Assembly: GCF_006345805.1 (NCBI RefSeq)
Contig: NC_042998.1
Coordinates: 202,306,001-202,370,000, forward strand
Direction of reading: 5' to 3'
Source: Octopus sinensis
Taxonomy: Eukaryota
DNA: 64,000 nucleotides
The stretch's first letter is position 1; every line of letters starts with the position of its first letter. A model generated the notes under the pieces. That model did not search any database, was not told where the DNA came from, and saw only the letters and a list, made by a program, of their open reading frames with translations. A program made the translations under genes and the position numbers. This document shows positions 26,060 through 37,269 of this stretch, in pieces.

Positions 26060-26849
26060 TACCTGTGGCAGCGTTCGTACTAGTAAGGTGATGCGAAGTG
26101 GCATGTATATTGAGTATTTTGTGTTTTAGTCAGTAAGCGGCCCTGTAGTCCGTGGTCTTTGTACCAAGTGACCTAGCGATGTAGTTTGTGCATCTAATTT
26201 CGGTAGACTTGGGTGGAACTCTATCATCTGATATTGTGTGTAACTCTAGTAACATTGACATATTAATGAAATTGAACACAGGCATGAGTAAGAGATCAAG
26301 GCTATTTGGAGTGTCTGTATAACTGGGTGTTTAATGAAATTACCTACACAATCCACCAACAACATACAAAATTATTACACCTTTAAATCAAACGTAGTTA
26401 TTAATATCATATCATTTATATTCTACTTCGCGTGTTTTCGCACTAATTTTCTCATACAATTCAACACATTTCCCGTATAATGTTCTGTGGCTATACTATA
26501 AGTTGCTTCTATCTTTTATTTAAAAGAGATCTATTTATGTTGTAGGCTAAATGAAACAATGATTCGATGAGGGGTCGAGCGTTTTAATAATTCTATAGAA
26601 TTCTAATTATTTATTACTTTCTATAAAGTCATTGTCAGAGGTACTTCGCACCCCTCCTTTCGAATGTTACTAATAATAATCATGACAACAAAACTTACAC
26701 TCTCATATTATTTTCAGCAAATAGAATAAATTTCATTTAGTAATCAACAGATTTTCTCACCAGATATGGGATAAAATAACGTTCATACACTTCTTCTGCA
26801 TTGTTAATGATAACAGGAACAACAAAAACAACAACAATAATGATAATGT

Positions 26850-26972
26850 TGATTTCAAATTTTGGGGAGTGGTTACGTCAGTTGCATCTACCCCAATACT
26901 CAATTGGTACTTACTTTATCGACCCCGGAAGGATGAATTGCAAAGTCGACCTCGGCGGAATTTTGAACTCGC
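26850..26972 (-). mobile_element. SINE family A fragment
   Basis: GACCCCGGAAGGATGAATTGCAAAGTCGACCTCGGCGGAATT match. Confidence 0.8.
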
Positions 26973-26976
26973 TACC

Positions 26977-27037
<61 letters not shown>

Positions 27038-27041
27038 ATGA

Positions 27042-27346
27042 TAGCGAAAGGGGCTGATTGCTACCTAACTCAGATACCAGGAAACCCTGGTATTCAAAAG
27101 ATGGTGCTCATGGGAACTGCTCATATCCTACGCAAAATACTCTCTATGTAATCCCAAGGTTTAAAACAAACTTTTTTTTATTTTTATTTTTATTTTTTTT
27201 TATGTATTAGACATTCACTAGTACAACACCAAAAAAAAAAAAAAACCCAAATATATGGCACATAACTTCCAACCTGTTGTCTCTTGAGGTCTCTGGGTGA
27301 GACTTGGAGCCAACTTGTACAGACATAAAGCAAAAGTCAAACATAG
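27042..27346 (+). mobile_element. 5'-truncated R4/Dong LINE 3' end (subfamily D1)
   Basis: End of ORF (IQKMVLMGTAHILRKILSM*) plus 3' UTR ending AAAAGTCAAACATAG(AAT)n; very similar to 40627-40979. Confidence 0.88.
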
Positions 27347-27357
27347 AATAATAATAA

Positions 27358-27388
<31 letters not shown>

Positions 27389-27398
27389 AAGAAGAAGA

Positions 27399-27740
27399 GA
27401 AAATATTGAAAAGTAGAGACTACTAAAATACGAAATTGGAAGAATATGGATTATGAGGAGAGTGTCTGCCATACCAGTAGTCGTAAGGGCACTCAAAGCA
27501 CTAACAACCAAGTTCGAGAAATATGTCAGAAAAATTAGAATTGACATGGGAGCAGACCAAGCCTAAGAAAACGCGCTATTGAGGACAGCTAGGAGTTTGA
27601 GATTGGTATTTGTGAGTTGAATGTCTCCCAATAATTTATGATTTTCAGAAAGAGACCCTGTGAGACTTCTGACAGCAAGCTTGCTGAACGCTCTCACAGA
27701 ATCAGCAAGAGCAATCAAGATCAAGTGCTCTATGAAATAA
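27399..27740 (+). mobile_element. 5'-truncated R4/Dong LINE 3' end (subfamily D2)
   Basis: KYEIGRIWIMRRVSAIPVVVRAL...FEKYV endonuclease C-terminus plus UTR; homologous to 36722-36970. Confidence 0.8.
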
Positions 27741-27809
27741 AACAACAACAACAACAGCAACATCAACAACAACAACAAGAACAATAGCAACAACAACAAC
27801 AATAATAAC

Positions 27810-27859
<50 letters not shown>

Positions 27860-27869
27860 TAATAATAAC

Positions 27870-27936
<67 letters not shown>

Positions 27937-27994
27937 GTAATAATAAATAATAATAATAATGATAATAATAATAATAATAATTATAATAATAATA
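27741..27994. repeat. (AAC)n/(AAT)n tract
   Basis: Seen directly. Confidence 0.97.
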
Positions 27995-28551
27995 AATGCC
28001 CTGATGCAGTACCAGGCAGTGGCTCTCATGGCTTCTGATCTTAACTGATTGGAAGTGTTATCATGTACAATGTTTTGTCTTGGTATAAAAGATGGGCTAC
28101 GGCAAATATTCTGCTCAATACCACAGATTTGCTTGTCAGTTGTTTGACTTTAACTAGTTGAGCATGTCCCTTAGTGGCTGACGATATGTGCATCTCTGAT
28201 CACGTGCAGACGTAGTGGGGGAGCATCATAGCCATGTGTTGAGAGGGATTTTGGGGGGTTTGAATAATTCACCTCTGGAAACATGGGTGGTTCTTTCAAC
28301 ATCCTTAAACAACCCTTGTTCAGGGACCTTTTGAGCGGGGTGGGCTACTCAACCTGAAGAAAATTCTAACTGGGGCCCACGTGCAAAGTCATGTGCTGTT
28401 TATCTTTTTATGAGATCACCATGTCGCGCACATATGGTTGTGATGCATGTGCCTAGTGTACCCTTATCAGACGGGTAGTCATGAAGGGTATATTGGGCTT
28501 TGTATATTTTACCCCAGTGTCACTTTGATGGCATGAACTGCTCTCTCAATC
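27995..28551. mobile_element. Unclassified ~557-bp non-coding repeat flanked by (AAT)n
   Basis: Second partial copy at 32363-32811 ends at the same point before (AAT)n; no ORF, TIR or A/B box seen. Confidence 0.75.
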
Positions 28552-28639
28552 AATAATAATAATAATAATAATAATAATGAGGATGGTGAGGAGGAGGAGG
28601 ATGAGGAGGAGGAGGGGGAAGTGTCTCCACTGTACCGGA

Positions 28640-29026
28640 TCTGTAATTAAGTGGATGAAACCATTACCCATATCACGAACGAATGACCTGGAGTTTGCCA
28701 AAACCACTTCAAGTTGTGGCGACACGACCAGGTAGCGAAAGGGCTACATTGGAATCTGAGCGAAAAGTGGAGGCTAGAGAGAAGCAAGACGTGGTATGAG
28801 TAGAAACAGCAGAGAGTGGCAGAGCAAAAAAAACTAGTAAAATCCTCTGAGATTTCCAAATCTAAACAGATCAGTGCTAAAGCATAACAGACCGGAACAA
28901 GTGGTGATGGACAAGGTGCACCAAATATGCTATATAGTTGACGTTGCACGCCCTTTGATCCGCGAATATTCAAGAAGGACGGCGAAAAGATAGATAGACA
29001 GACAGATAGATAGATAGATACATACA

Positions 29027-29059
<33 letters not shown>

Positions 29060-29290
29060 TCATACATACATAGATACATACATACAACCCTCTTAAGTGC
29101 GAAATATCCCGGCTATGAAAAATGAAAGTGAAGATAGTGCCAGTTATTGTTGAGTACTTGGGAACAGCATCAGAAGGCATCAAAAGGAATATAAAGGAAA
29201 CAGGAAGAGAGTGCCTAGTGGAACTCTTATAAAATGTTCTCCTCCATGACACGGCCAGAATAATCGGGAAAGTATTAGATAACTGAAAAG
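28640..29290 (+). mobile_element. R4/Dong LINE C-terminal fragment split by a (GATA)/(CATA) microsatellite
   Basis: HDQVAK...W, LKHNRPEQVVMDKVHQICYIVDVA (RLE motif), then LKCEISRL...IVPVIV after the repeat at about 28990-29085. Confidence 0.82.
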
Positions 29291-29329
29291 AACGAATAGC
29301 ATGGTACCGTATGAAGGTATGAAACGGTA

Positions 29330-29700
29330 TGGCAAATCATTTGCGAATACCCGAATTTGACACACAACGAATGCAAAAGACGACATGCCAATGTGACAAG
29401 AATAATCCAAAGAGTATGAAGAAAGAAAAACTGAACAACTACGATGATTTCAAGTGCGAAATACGAAGGTTGAGGACAATGAGGAAAGTGGGCGTGATAG
29501 CAATAGCAAATACCGCATTTAGAAGTATCAGCACTCGCCTATCAACAAAGATCTCCATTGCTGTGAACTGCAAGCATTCGTCGCAGGGTTTCTTGAAGCG
29601 TAAACAAGTGTCCCCTTAGTTGACTAGCTGCAGAGAGCTGAGACATTCCATCATACCCAGCAACAGAAGCTGAGAGGTTTCATCAAATAATAATAAGAAG
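29330..29700 (+). mobile_element. Further decayed R4/Dong 3' end with (AAT)n tail
   Basis: KEKLNNYDDFKCEIRRLRTMRKVGVI remnant (ORF 29329-29619). Confidence 0.7.
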
Positions 29701-29707
29701 TATAATC

Positions 29708-29753
<46 letters not shown>

Positions 29754-29923
29754 CGGGGACGTTTAACATGTGAGAGCGATAGAACACCGCTGCGAAATCT
29801 ATCCAAAAACAGCGAGAATAAAGACAACAAACGGAGGTTAAAATAACTGACAAAGTGTTGGACTATATCCGAGTAAGTAATACTCACTAAAATTCATTTC
29901 TGTTTTCCAAATGAAGCGATGTA

Positions 29924-30378
29924 TTTTAACGGTGTGTTAGTTTGGTCATTCGTGCAACACGTGTAAACACGCTCGCCACACGCTGCTGGGCTATACCCAA
30001 GAAAGTAATACTCATTAAAAGTGCTGGGACATATCAGGGTAAGTAATATTTAAATTTATTTAAACTTTCCGAATGACATGATGTATTTTAACTGTGTTAC
30101 CTCCATCACTCTCACAGCACAATCTCTGTCCCCAATCACCATGCACAAAAAATGTTCAATAAATTAATCATACCCGTATTATCCAACCCAAGAATAACAA
30201 ATGGGAAGTACGCATTTTAAACTTGTTACACTAAAAGTACGAAAGACTACACGTGCAAAACCTTTTAACCCCAGAAATGAACTTTTAATGGGTATTACTT
30301 TCTTGGGTATAACCCAGCAGCTGTGGCGAGCGTGTTTACACGTGTTGCACGAATGACCAAGCTAACACACCGTTAAAA
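29924..30378. repeat. Foldback/MITE-like inverted repeat, ~99-bp arms
   Basis: Arms 29924-30022 and 30281-30378 differ by 3 substitutions and 1 indel (manual alignment). Confidence 0.9.
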
Positions 30379-30389
30379 AACCCTATGAA

Positions 30390-32362
30390 AATTATGAGCA
30401 TCAACATAAAGGGCAGGACGAGATTCTTGATGTCCCGCAAGTAAAATAAAAAATCATAAATGTACATGTGAGGAATACATTTTAATCCTACCCGATTATT
30501 TTACAGCAATGTTCTACCCACAGAACGAAAACGTAACAACATATACATATAAAATCTGGAAGAAAAATAACTCAGATAAAGATTTGGATAAAGCAATGAA
30601 GCCCAATATACTAGCAAACATACGGAGATATATTCTCAAAACAAACAAACATCAGAAATAGAACACTTAAAAGGGAAAATGCATTAGGAAAACGCAGATA
30701 GAAACCATACAGAAATGCCAAGTGATGTCATAGGCATTGGGAGTGTAAAACACGATGACAGACGTAAGATTTCCAATAAAAAAGAAATAAAAAGCGAAAG
30801 ACAACAAACGCAGAACGTAGGAATATGTATAGTGATGAGCAAAATATGCCGAACCAGAAAACCACAGACAATAATATAAACTGGGGATAATACGAAAGGG
30901 ATCTAAAACCTGGAAACAGTGAAGGTGAGAATATTGATTATGATGCTATAAAATGAGTATAATCAAGGAAATGAAAGCCACATATCTCTGTATGGACCAC
31001 CGATTGTACATCATCAAAATTAAAATTGATAATAAAACGACGTCGATAAGAAACAAATGTCAATATGATCAGGCTAAATTATATAATATATACAGCAGCG
31101 TCTGTGGCCACAAAAGAAGCTGGATATCTCCTCAAACCCATCCAAACAGGAGAATCACCATCCGAACAAAACATCTGGATAAGTAATATCCAGGAAAAAA
31201 TTTAAAAAATAAGAGAAAGGATCTATCAATTCTTAATGAAAGCAGTAGACGGTCAACACTACTAAAACACTACAAGGAGAGAAAAAAAAATACTACGTAA
31301 ATGTAACATTACAGAACGAGGTATACCTGAGATAAAAGAACCGCTACAGCGAGTTATCCCCGCTAAAGCACGAAGAATCTGCCGGTATAAGAAATACCAA
31401 GGTTTCTTTGAACAAAACAAACAGTTCAACTCCAACCCAAAGAGATTCTGCTAAGAACTTGGCAAAAATAAAATAGACATCAATGCAGCACCAACAGCTT
31501 AAGAAAGTTTGGGGAAAAAATATGGTCGGCGAAGGAAACACCTCAGAAAAGGTCTATCAAAAACAACGAATACAGCACCTGAGCAACTCTGGATCACTAT
31601 AACAACTGAAGAGGTCACCCAGCCATTGTAAAGACTAAGCAACTGGAAGGCACCTGGGTACGACAAGATCCCCAACTTCAGGTTAAAATGCCTAACAGGA
31701 ACACATGAACACCTGGTTGAAAAATTTAATGACATACTAGGAGAGCCCGAGCCAATGCCTGAATTGCTCATGAAAGGGAAAATTATCCTAATTCCCAAAT
31801 CATCTGAAACAGCAAACCCATAAAATTACAGACCAACAACTTGATTCCCTACAATTTACAAAGCCTTTATTGCAATACTATCGTAGAGAACGGGTAAGCA
31901 TCTGGAAGAAAATAACCTGTTTCCAGAAGAGCAGAAGGGATGATCCAAGGGCTCATACGACTGTAAAGATCAGCCACTGATCAATAAAGTCACACCTGAA
32001 GACAGCCGCAGAAAGAAGGAGGGTCTAAGTAAAGCGTGGATCAATAACCGAAAGGCATTTAATAGTATTCCTCACATATGGATCCTAGAAACATTAGACA
32101 TGATAGCACCAATAATCATAAAATATATAAAACATTCCTTGAATAAATGGTAGACTGTGCTACAGCTCCAGGCAAGTGAAAGACTCATAAAAACCAAAGC
32201 CATCCCCATTAAGAGGGGAATATTTCAGAGATACACACTCTCCCATCTCCTCTATGCGGCACTGACACTTTTATCTGACATGTTAACCCGAACTGGATAT
32301 GGATACAACAGTTACGGCAAAACAATCAGCCACCTCTCATATATGGATGACCTAAAATTCAT
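30390..32362 (+). mobile_element. Decayed R4/Dong LINE, N-terminal region plus RT up to YMDD
   Basis: NWKAPGYDKIPNF, NYRPTT, FPEEQKG, AWINNRKAFNSIPH, RGIFQ, ISHLSYMDDLKF, with stops and frameshifts. Confidence 0.92.
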
Positions 32363-32811
32363 ATATTCTGCTCAATACCATAGATTTGCTTGTCAATTAT
32401 TTGACCTTAACCAGTTGACCATGTCCCTTAGTGGCTGGCGATATTTCCATCTCTGATCATGAGTAGAAGTAGTGGGGGAGCATCATAGCCGTGTATTGAG
32501 AGGAATTCTTAGAGATTTGGATAATTCACCTTTGGAAACATGGGTGGTTCGTTCAATATCCGTAAACAATCCTTATTCAGGGACCTTTTGAGCGGGATGG
32601 TTACTCGACCAGAAGAAAATTCTAACTGGGCCCCACCTGCAAGGTCATGTGCTGTGCTGTTTATCTTGATATGAGATCACCATAAGAGCACAAATGGTTG
32701 TGATGCATGTACCTAGTGTACCCTTATCAGACAGGTAGTCATGATGGATATGCTGGGCTTCGTATATTTTACCCCAGTGTCACTTTGATGACATGTACTG
32801 CTCTCCCACTC
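32363..32811. mobile_element. Truncated copy of the 27995-28551 repeat
   Basis: Colinear similarity from ATATTCTGCTCAATACCA to CTCTCCCACTC(AAT)n. Confidence 0.85.
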
Positions 32812-32869
<58 letters not shown>

Positions 32870-32871
<2 letters not shown>

Positions 32872-33300
32872 CTTTTCTACTAAAGGCACAAGGCCTGAAA
32901 TTTGGAGAAGTGTGAGTCGATTCCATCGATCCCAGTGCCGATCTGGGTCTTATTTTATCGAACCCAGAATGATTAAAGGCAAAGTCGACCTCTGCGGAAT
33001 TTGAACTCAGAACGTAAAGACGGACCAAATGCCGCTAAGCATTTTTCCCGGAATGCTAACGACTCTGCCAGCTCGCTGTCTTAATAATAATCCTTTCTAT
33101 TAAAGGTACAAGGCCTGAAATTTGCTGGGTGGGTACCCAGTCGATTACATCAAGCCCAGCTTTTCAGTGGTACTTAATTTATCGACTCCGAAAGGATAAA
33201 TGAATTCGGCTGAATTTGAATTCAGAACGTAATGAAGAACGCGACACCGCCAAGCATTTCACCCAGCCTGCTAACGATTCTACTAGCTTGCTTCCTTGAT
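32870..33300 (-). mobile_element. Two adjacent family A-type SINEs with (ATT)n tails
   Basis: Two head-body-tail units on the minus strand, each ending in an ATT-rich tail. Confidence 0.85.
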
Positions 33301-34357
33301 AATAATAATCTTAAACAATAATAAGAGCCGCGTCCGTCCGTCCGTCTGTTCGAAGCCATCAGTAATTAGATAGGGGAAAAAGAGGTGAATAAAATAGAGA
33401 GAGAAAGAAGAAAAGCAGAAAGAACGAAAGAATGATAGAAAGAAAGAGATATTGAAGAAAAGCGTCAGCCCGTCACAACATATCAATAACGAAGGAAGTG
33501 GTGATAAAGAGAGAGAAAAAATAGTAGAGTTAGAGAGAGACAAAGAAAGAGAGAGAGAGAAGGAAAGAGAGAGAGAGAAGGAAAGAGAGAGAGAGAAGGA
33601 AAGAGAGGTAGAGAAGTAGAGTTGACAAAGGGAGGGAGAGAAAGAAAGAGAGACAGAGAGAGAGATAGAGAGAGCAAAGGAATATATGAGATTGCGTGCG
33701 TGTGTACTACGGAAGTGTAAGAGAATACTGAACGCTGATGCGTGTGTGTGTGTGTGTGTGTGTGTGTGAAGGGAAGTATGTGAATGTATGAAACAGCGTT
33801 TGCCTTCAAAATGAAATTGAATTTTTTTTCTTCTTTCACTATTTTGAAATTTTATTTCATATAAATTGTAACTGAAGCATAATCCATCTTTTTGATTGAA
33901 ATACTTGCTTTGATAATGATAAAAAGGAGAAAATATCATACACAGAAAAAAGAAAGAAAATGATAATATTTATTTTCTTCCTTCAAGTTTGTCTAAAGTT
34001 CTTGCCGAACTTATAAAGAACAAATATCAGTTATATCACATGGGATTTGAAACCGCATCTCAGAATTAGTGGTTGCACTTTCGCCCACCAAATCAGTTTG
34101 CAGTGGGAAACGACTTCTTTATCCTGTCAATTACTATAATGATCGATGAGTTTTCAACGGACAGCAAGGGGAAATTAAGTTCAAATGAACCGTATCTTGT
34201 CCATTTTTCTTTCGGCTGCAGACGGTTATAAACATGTAGGAGCTGACCAGCCAAAGAGGTCAGTTCCCTGCTAGCGATCGTGACAGCCTGTTGCAGGGGG
34301 GTTTTCGGGGCTGAACGAGAAACGATGTCACTGGGTCAAACGAAAACTACCGTAAGT

Positions 34358-34794
34358 GGATCTTTTCGGTTCGAACGGCAGTTTTTTTCTAGCGGTGTCA
34401 TATGAAATTGTCACCCATAATTATGACCCTAGTATCGATCTATTGCATTTCAATCTGTTTTAGGGTGAGGGTCAGTTAGGGTTAGGGTTAGGTGTGGGGG
34501 GAAGGGTATCTTTTTTCTTCACAAATGTAAATAAACCCAAGCTGTTTCTTAAACGAGGGACATATTCATACGACACTGAATGTTTTTTTTACCTCAACAG
34601 ACCTCAGAGATTGGTTGAAACTGCAGAAATTGAAGAAGAAAAAACAACAAATATCTTACAAACTATAGAATTTTCTCAATAAAGCCAAGAGAAAAAGATG
34701 TTTTATAAACACATTCTACCAGTATACGAAGTTTAAAACTGTTTAGTTACGTGGAAAATATTTTAAAACATTGCCGGTCAAACTGAAAAGATCC
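34358..34794. mobile_element. MITE-like element with internal TTAGGG repeats
   Basis: 25-bp TIRs GGATCTTTTCGGTTCGAACGGCAGT / ATTGCCGGTCAAACTGAAAAGATCC; TTAGGG-like units at about 34460-34492; no clear TSD. Confidence 0.75.
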
Positions 34795-35739
34795 GCAGAT
34801 TGTCAATAAATGCATAGAATTAAAATTTTATGTTGATTTTCATCGATCCGACGTGCTGGACCAACACATCATCGTCAGATTTTCAGGCCTCTTCGTTACA
34901 AATACTTAATTCTTAATATTTACCGTTACATGTGAGTACTATTTCAATACCTCTGTTAACGTATTTGTTATACTTTTTAATGATCTTCTTTCATTCATTC
35001 CTATTTGTGGGTTTCAGATAAAAACATGTATGTCTTGCGCGCGCGGTGTGTGTATAAGTATGTTTGTGAATATTTGTCAGAAAGTTTGGTTATTTTTATA
35101 CCTCACACTGTCTAAATAAAATGCAAATACTGTCATTGTTATACAATCGCTTGTCTCACTATTATGCATTTATCTTTACACTGTTCTATTTAATTAAAAG
35201 TATTTAATTAAGATTTGTCAGTGGAAAAGTAATAGTGATTCCTCAACAACTTTAAGCTATAGAGGTTGATTTTAACAATACTTAATGGTTATCATAATGA
35301 GCAATATTAACAACAAAGAATGAAGAAGTTGACAATTTGAATAACCACATAATCCAGAAATTTCCAAGTGAGACATACCGTGAGGAGTATTGATTCCGTT
35401 GCAGAAGATCATAACTCGCTCTCAGATTTATTATTGCTTGTTTTCACTTTTTCGATATCAGTGCCTGTCGATACTGGATAAAGGTATAAGTATTTGTGAA
35501 GGGAACCTACTTCTCATCGACAACTGTGATTGTCACACGCCGATGACGGGTCCATACCCAGAAACTCGAGTCCGTGTGTATCATAAGTTGAAGACGTGAA
35601 GGTTGCCTTCCCTTTGCAAATACTGATAGGGCACAGGAAGTTTGTCTATAGCCAGCTCGAGGCGGTGGCCTCCTGGGGCTACAAACCACTGTAGCATCCA
35701 CCCTTAGGGGTTAGCCATATTTTAATGGCAAATATACGT

Positions 35740-36497
35740 CACAATCTTCACTCTATCCGCCTGATTTCCTGAATTTTCTTAATATAAGTAGCATCCCACG
35801 TTACATTATCAAATTAAAAACCGGTGTTCCTTATAATGTTGCTAAGAAACTTAGATCAGAGAAATGGTCTCTGCAATGGCGCACGTTATAGAGTGTTATA
35901 GGTGTCTGATAATATGATCACATCAAGTAAATTAACTGGTGTTGATGCAGGGCCCACACTTTTGATTCTCCGCATTAATCTGCAACCATATAATACCGAT
36001 TTGCCCTTTATTTTGAAAATACGCCAATTTCCAGTGAGACCTGCTTTCGCGATGTCTATGAACAAAAAGTCAAGAACAAAGCCTTTCTAAGTGTGGCAGC
36101 TACATGTCTGCGCCAGTATTTGCACATGGCCAGATGTGTATCGCTCTTAGTAGAGTTGGGGATCCAGTGAATCTTAAAATATTTACTGATCAAAAAGAAT
36201 TTACCAGATCAGGAACAAGTAGATATCATAATGAAAATGTAAGAAGGCTTACGCATAATGTTGTCTACACGGAAATAGTTAGATATTGATATGCTGCCTA
36301 TGTAAAAAGTAGAGATTTGATTAATATTTTCTTTGTTATTTTATTACTGACTTTGTAAAGTATTTGCATAAGTAAGAATATGTAAATATATTATCAAATT
36401 ATATCATTTGTGTATTTTTCAAGCTATAGTTGAATTAAATTGAAATGTTAGTCTAAACATAGCGTTGTTTTATCCTTATTGACGGGTCATGTACTAG
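35740..36497 (+). mobile_element. Helitron 3' end with PIF1-type helicase C-terminus (pseudogenised)
   Basis: PDFLNFLN..., LPFILKIRQFPVRPAFAMSMNK, PVFAHGQMCIALSRV, NVVYTE; ends GACGGGTCATGTACTAG|T (CTAG 36494-36497). Confidence 0.9.
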
Positions 36498-36518
36498 TAA
36501 TAACAATAATAACAAGGA

Positions 36519-36721
36519 GAAGAAGAAGAAGAAGAAGAAGAAGAAGAAGAAGAAGAAGAAGAAGAAGAAGAAGAAGAAGAAGAAGAAGAAGAAGAAGAAG
36601 AAGAAGAGAGAGAAGAAGAAGAAGAAGAAGAAGAAGAAGAAGAAGAAAGAAGAAGAAGAAGAGAGAAGAAGAAGAAGAGAAGAAGAAGAAGAAGAAGAAG
36701 AAGAAGAAGAAGAAGAAGAAG
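36519..36721. repeat. (GAA)n tract
   Basis: Seen directly. Confidence 0.97.
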
Positions 36722-36970
36722 AGTGCGTGAAATATGTCAAAGAAATTGGAATTGACGAGAGCAGAGCAAGCTCTAAAAACGGCTCTGCTCAGGACAGCTC
36801 GAAATTTGAGATTGTTACTTGGATGTTGAATTTCTCTCGTGATAATTCACAACCTAGTATCAATGCTAATAATGTGCGAAACGAGAACCTGTGAGACCTC
36901 TGACGGCAGGTCGCTATTCGTTGTTACAGAATCTACGAGAGCAAACAAGGCCGAACCTTCTGAGAAATAA
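36722..36970 (+). mobile_element. Short R4/Dong 3' end (subfamily D2)
   Basis: KYVKEIGID...ALLRTARNLRLLL remnant and UTR homologous to 27399-27740. Confidence 0.78.
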
Positions 36971-37019
36971 AACAACAACAACAACTACAATAATAATAAT
37001 AATAATAATAATAATATTT

Positions 37020-37232
37020 TCTGTTATTGGCACGAGGCCTGACATTCGAGGAGAAGGTATTAGTCGTTTACATGGACCCCGACTTTTAAACGGTGCATAA
37101 TTTATCGACTCCGAAATGATGAAAGGTAAAGTCGACCTCGGCGAAATTCGAACTTAGAACGTAAGGACGGACGAAAAGCCGCTAAGCATATTGTTCGGCG
37201 TGCTCCCGATTCTACCAGCTCACAGCCTTGAT
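37020..37232 (-). mobile_element. Family A-type SINE with (ATT)n tail
   Basis: Homologous to the 32870-33075 unit. Confidence 0.85.
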
Positions 37233-37269
37233 GATGATGATTATGATGATGATGATGACAACAACAACA

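Noticed and set aside
34460-34492. Telomere or chromosome fusion site
   Set aside because: Only a few imperfect units, inside a TIR-bounded element.
34838-34888. Hammerhead-like CTGACGA with stem II on the minus strand
   Set aside because: GAAA is absent (GGAT) and there is no stem I pairing.
35600-35705. HDV-like ribozyme on the minus strand (GTAGCC/GGCTAT P1, CCTCG loop)
   Set aside because: P3 is mismatched and no P2 partner could be found by eye; a family consensus would be needed to revisit it.
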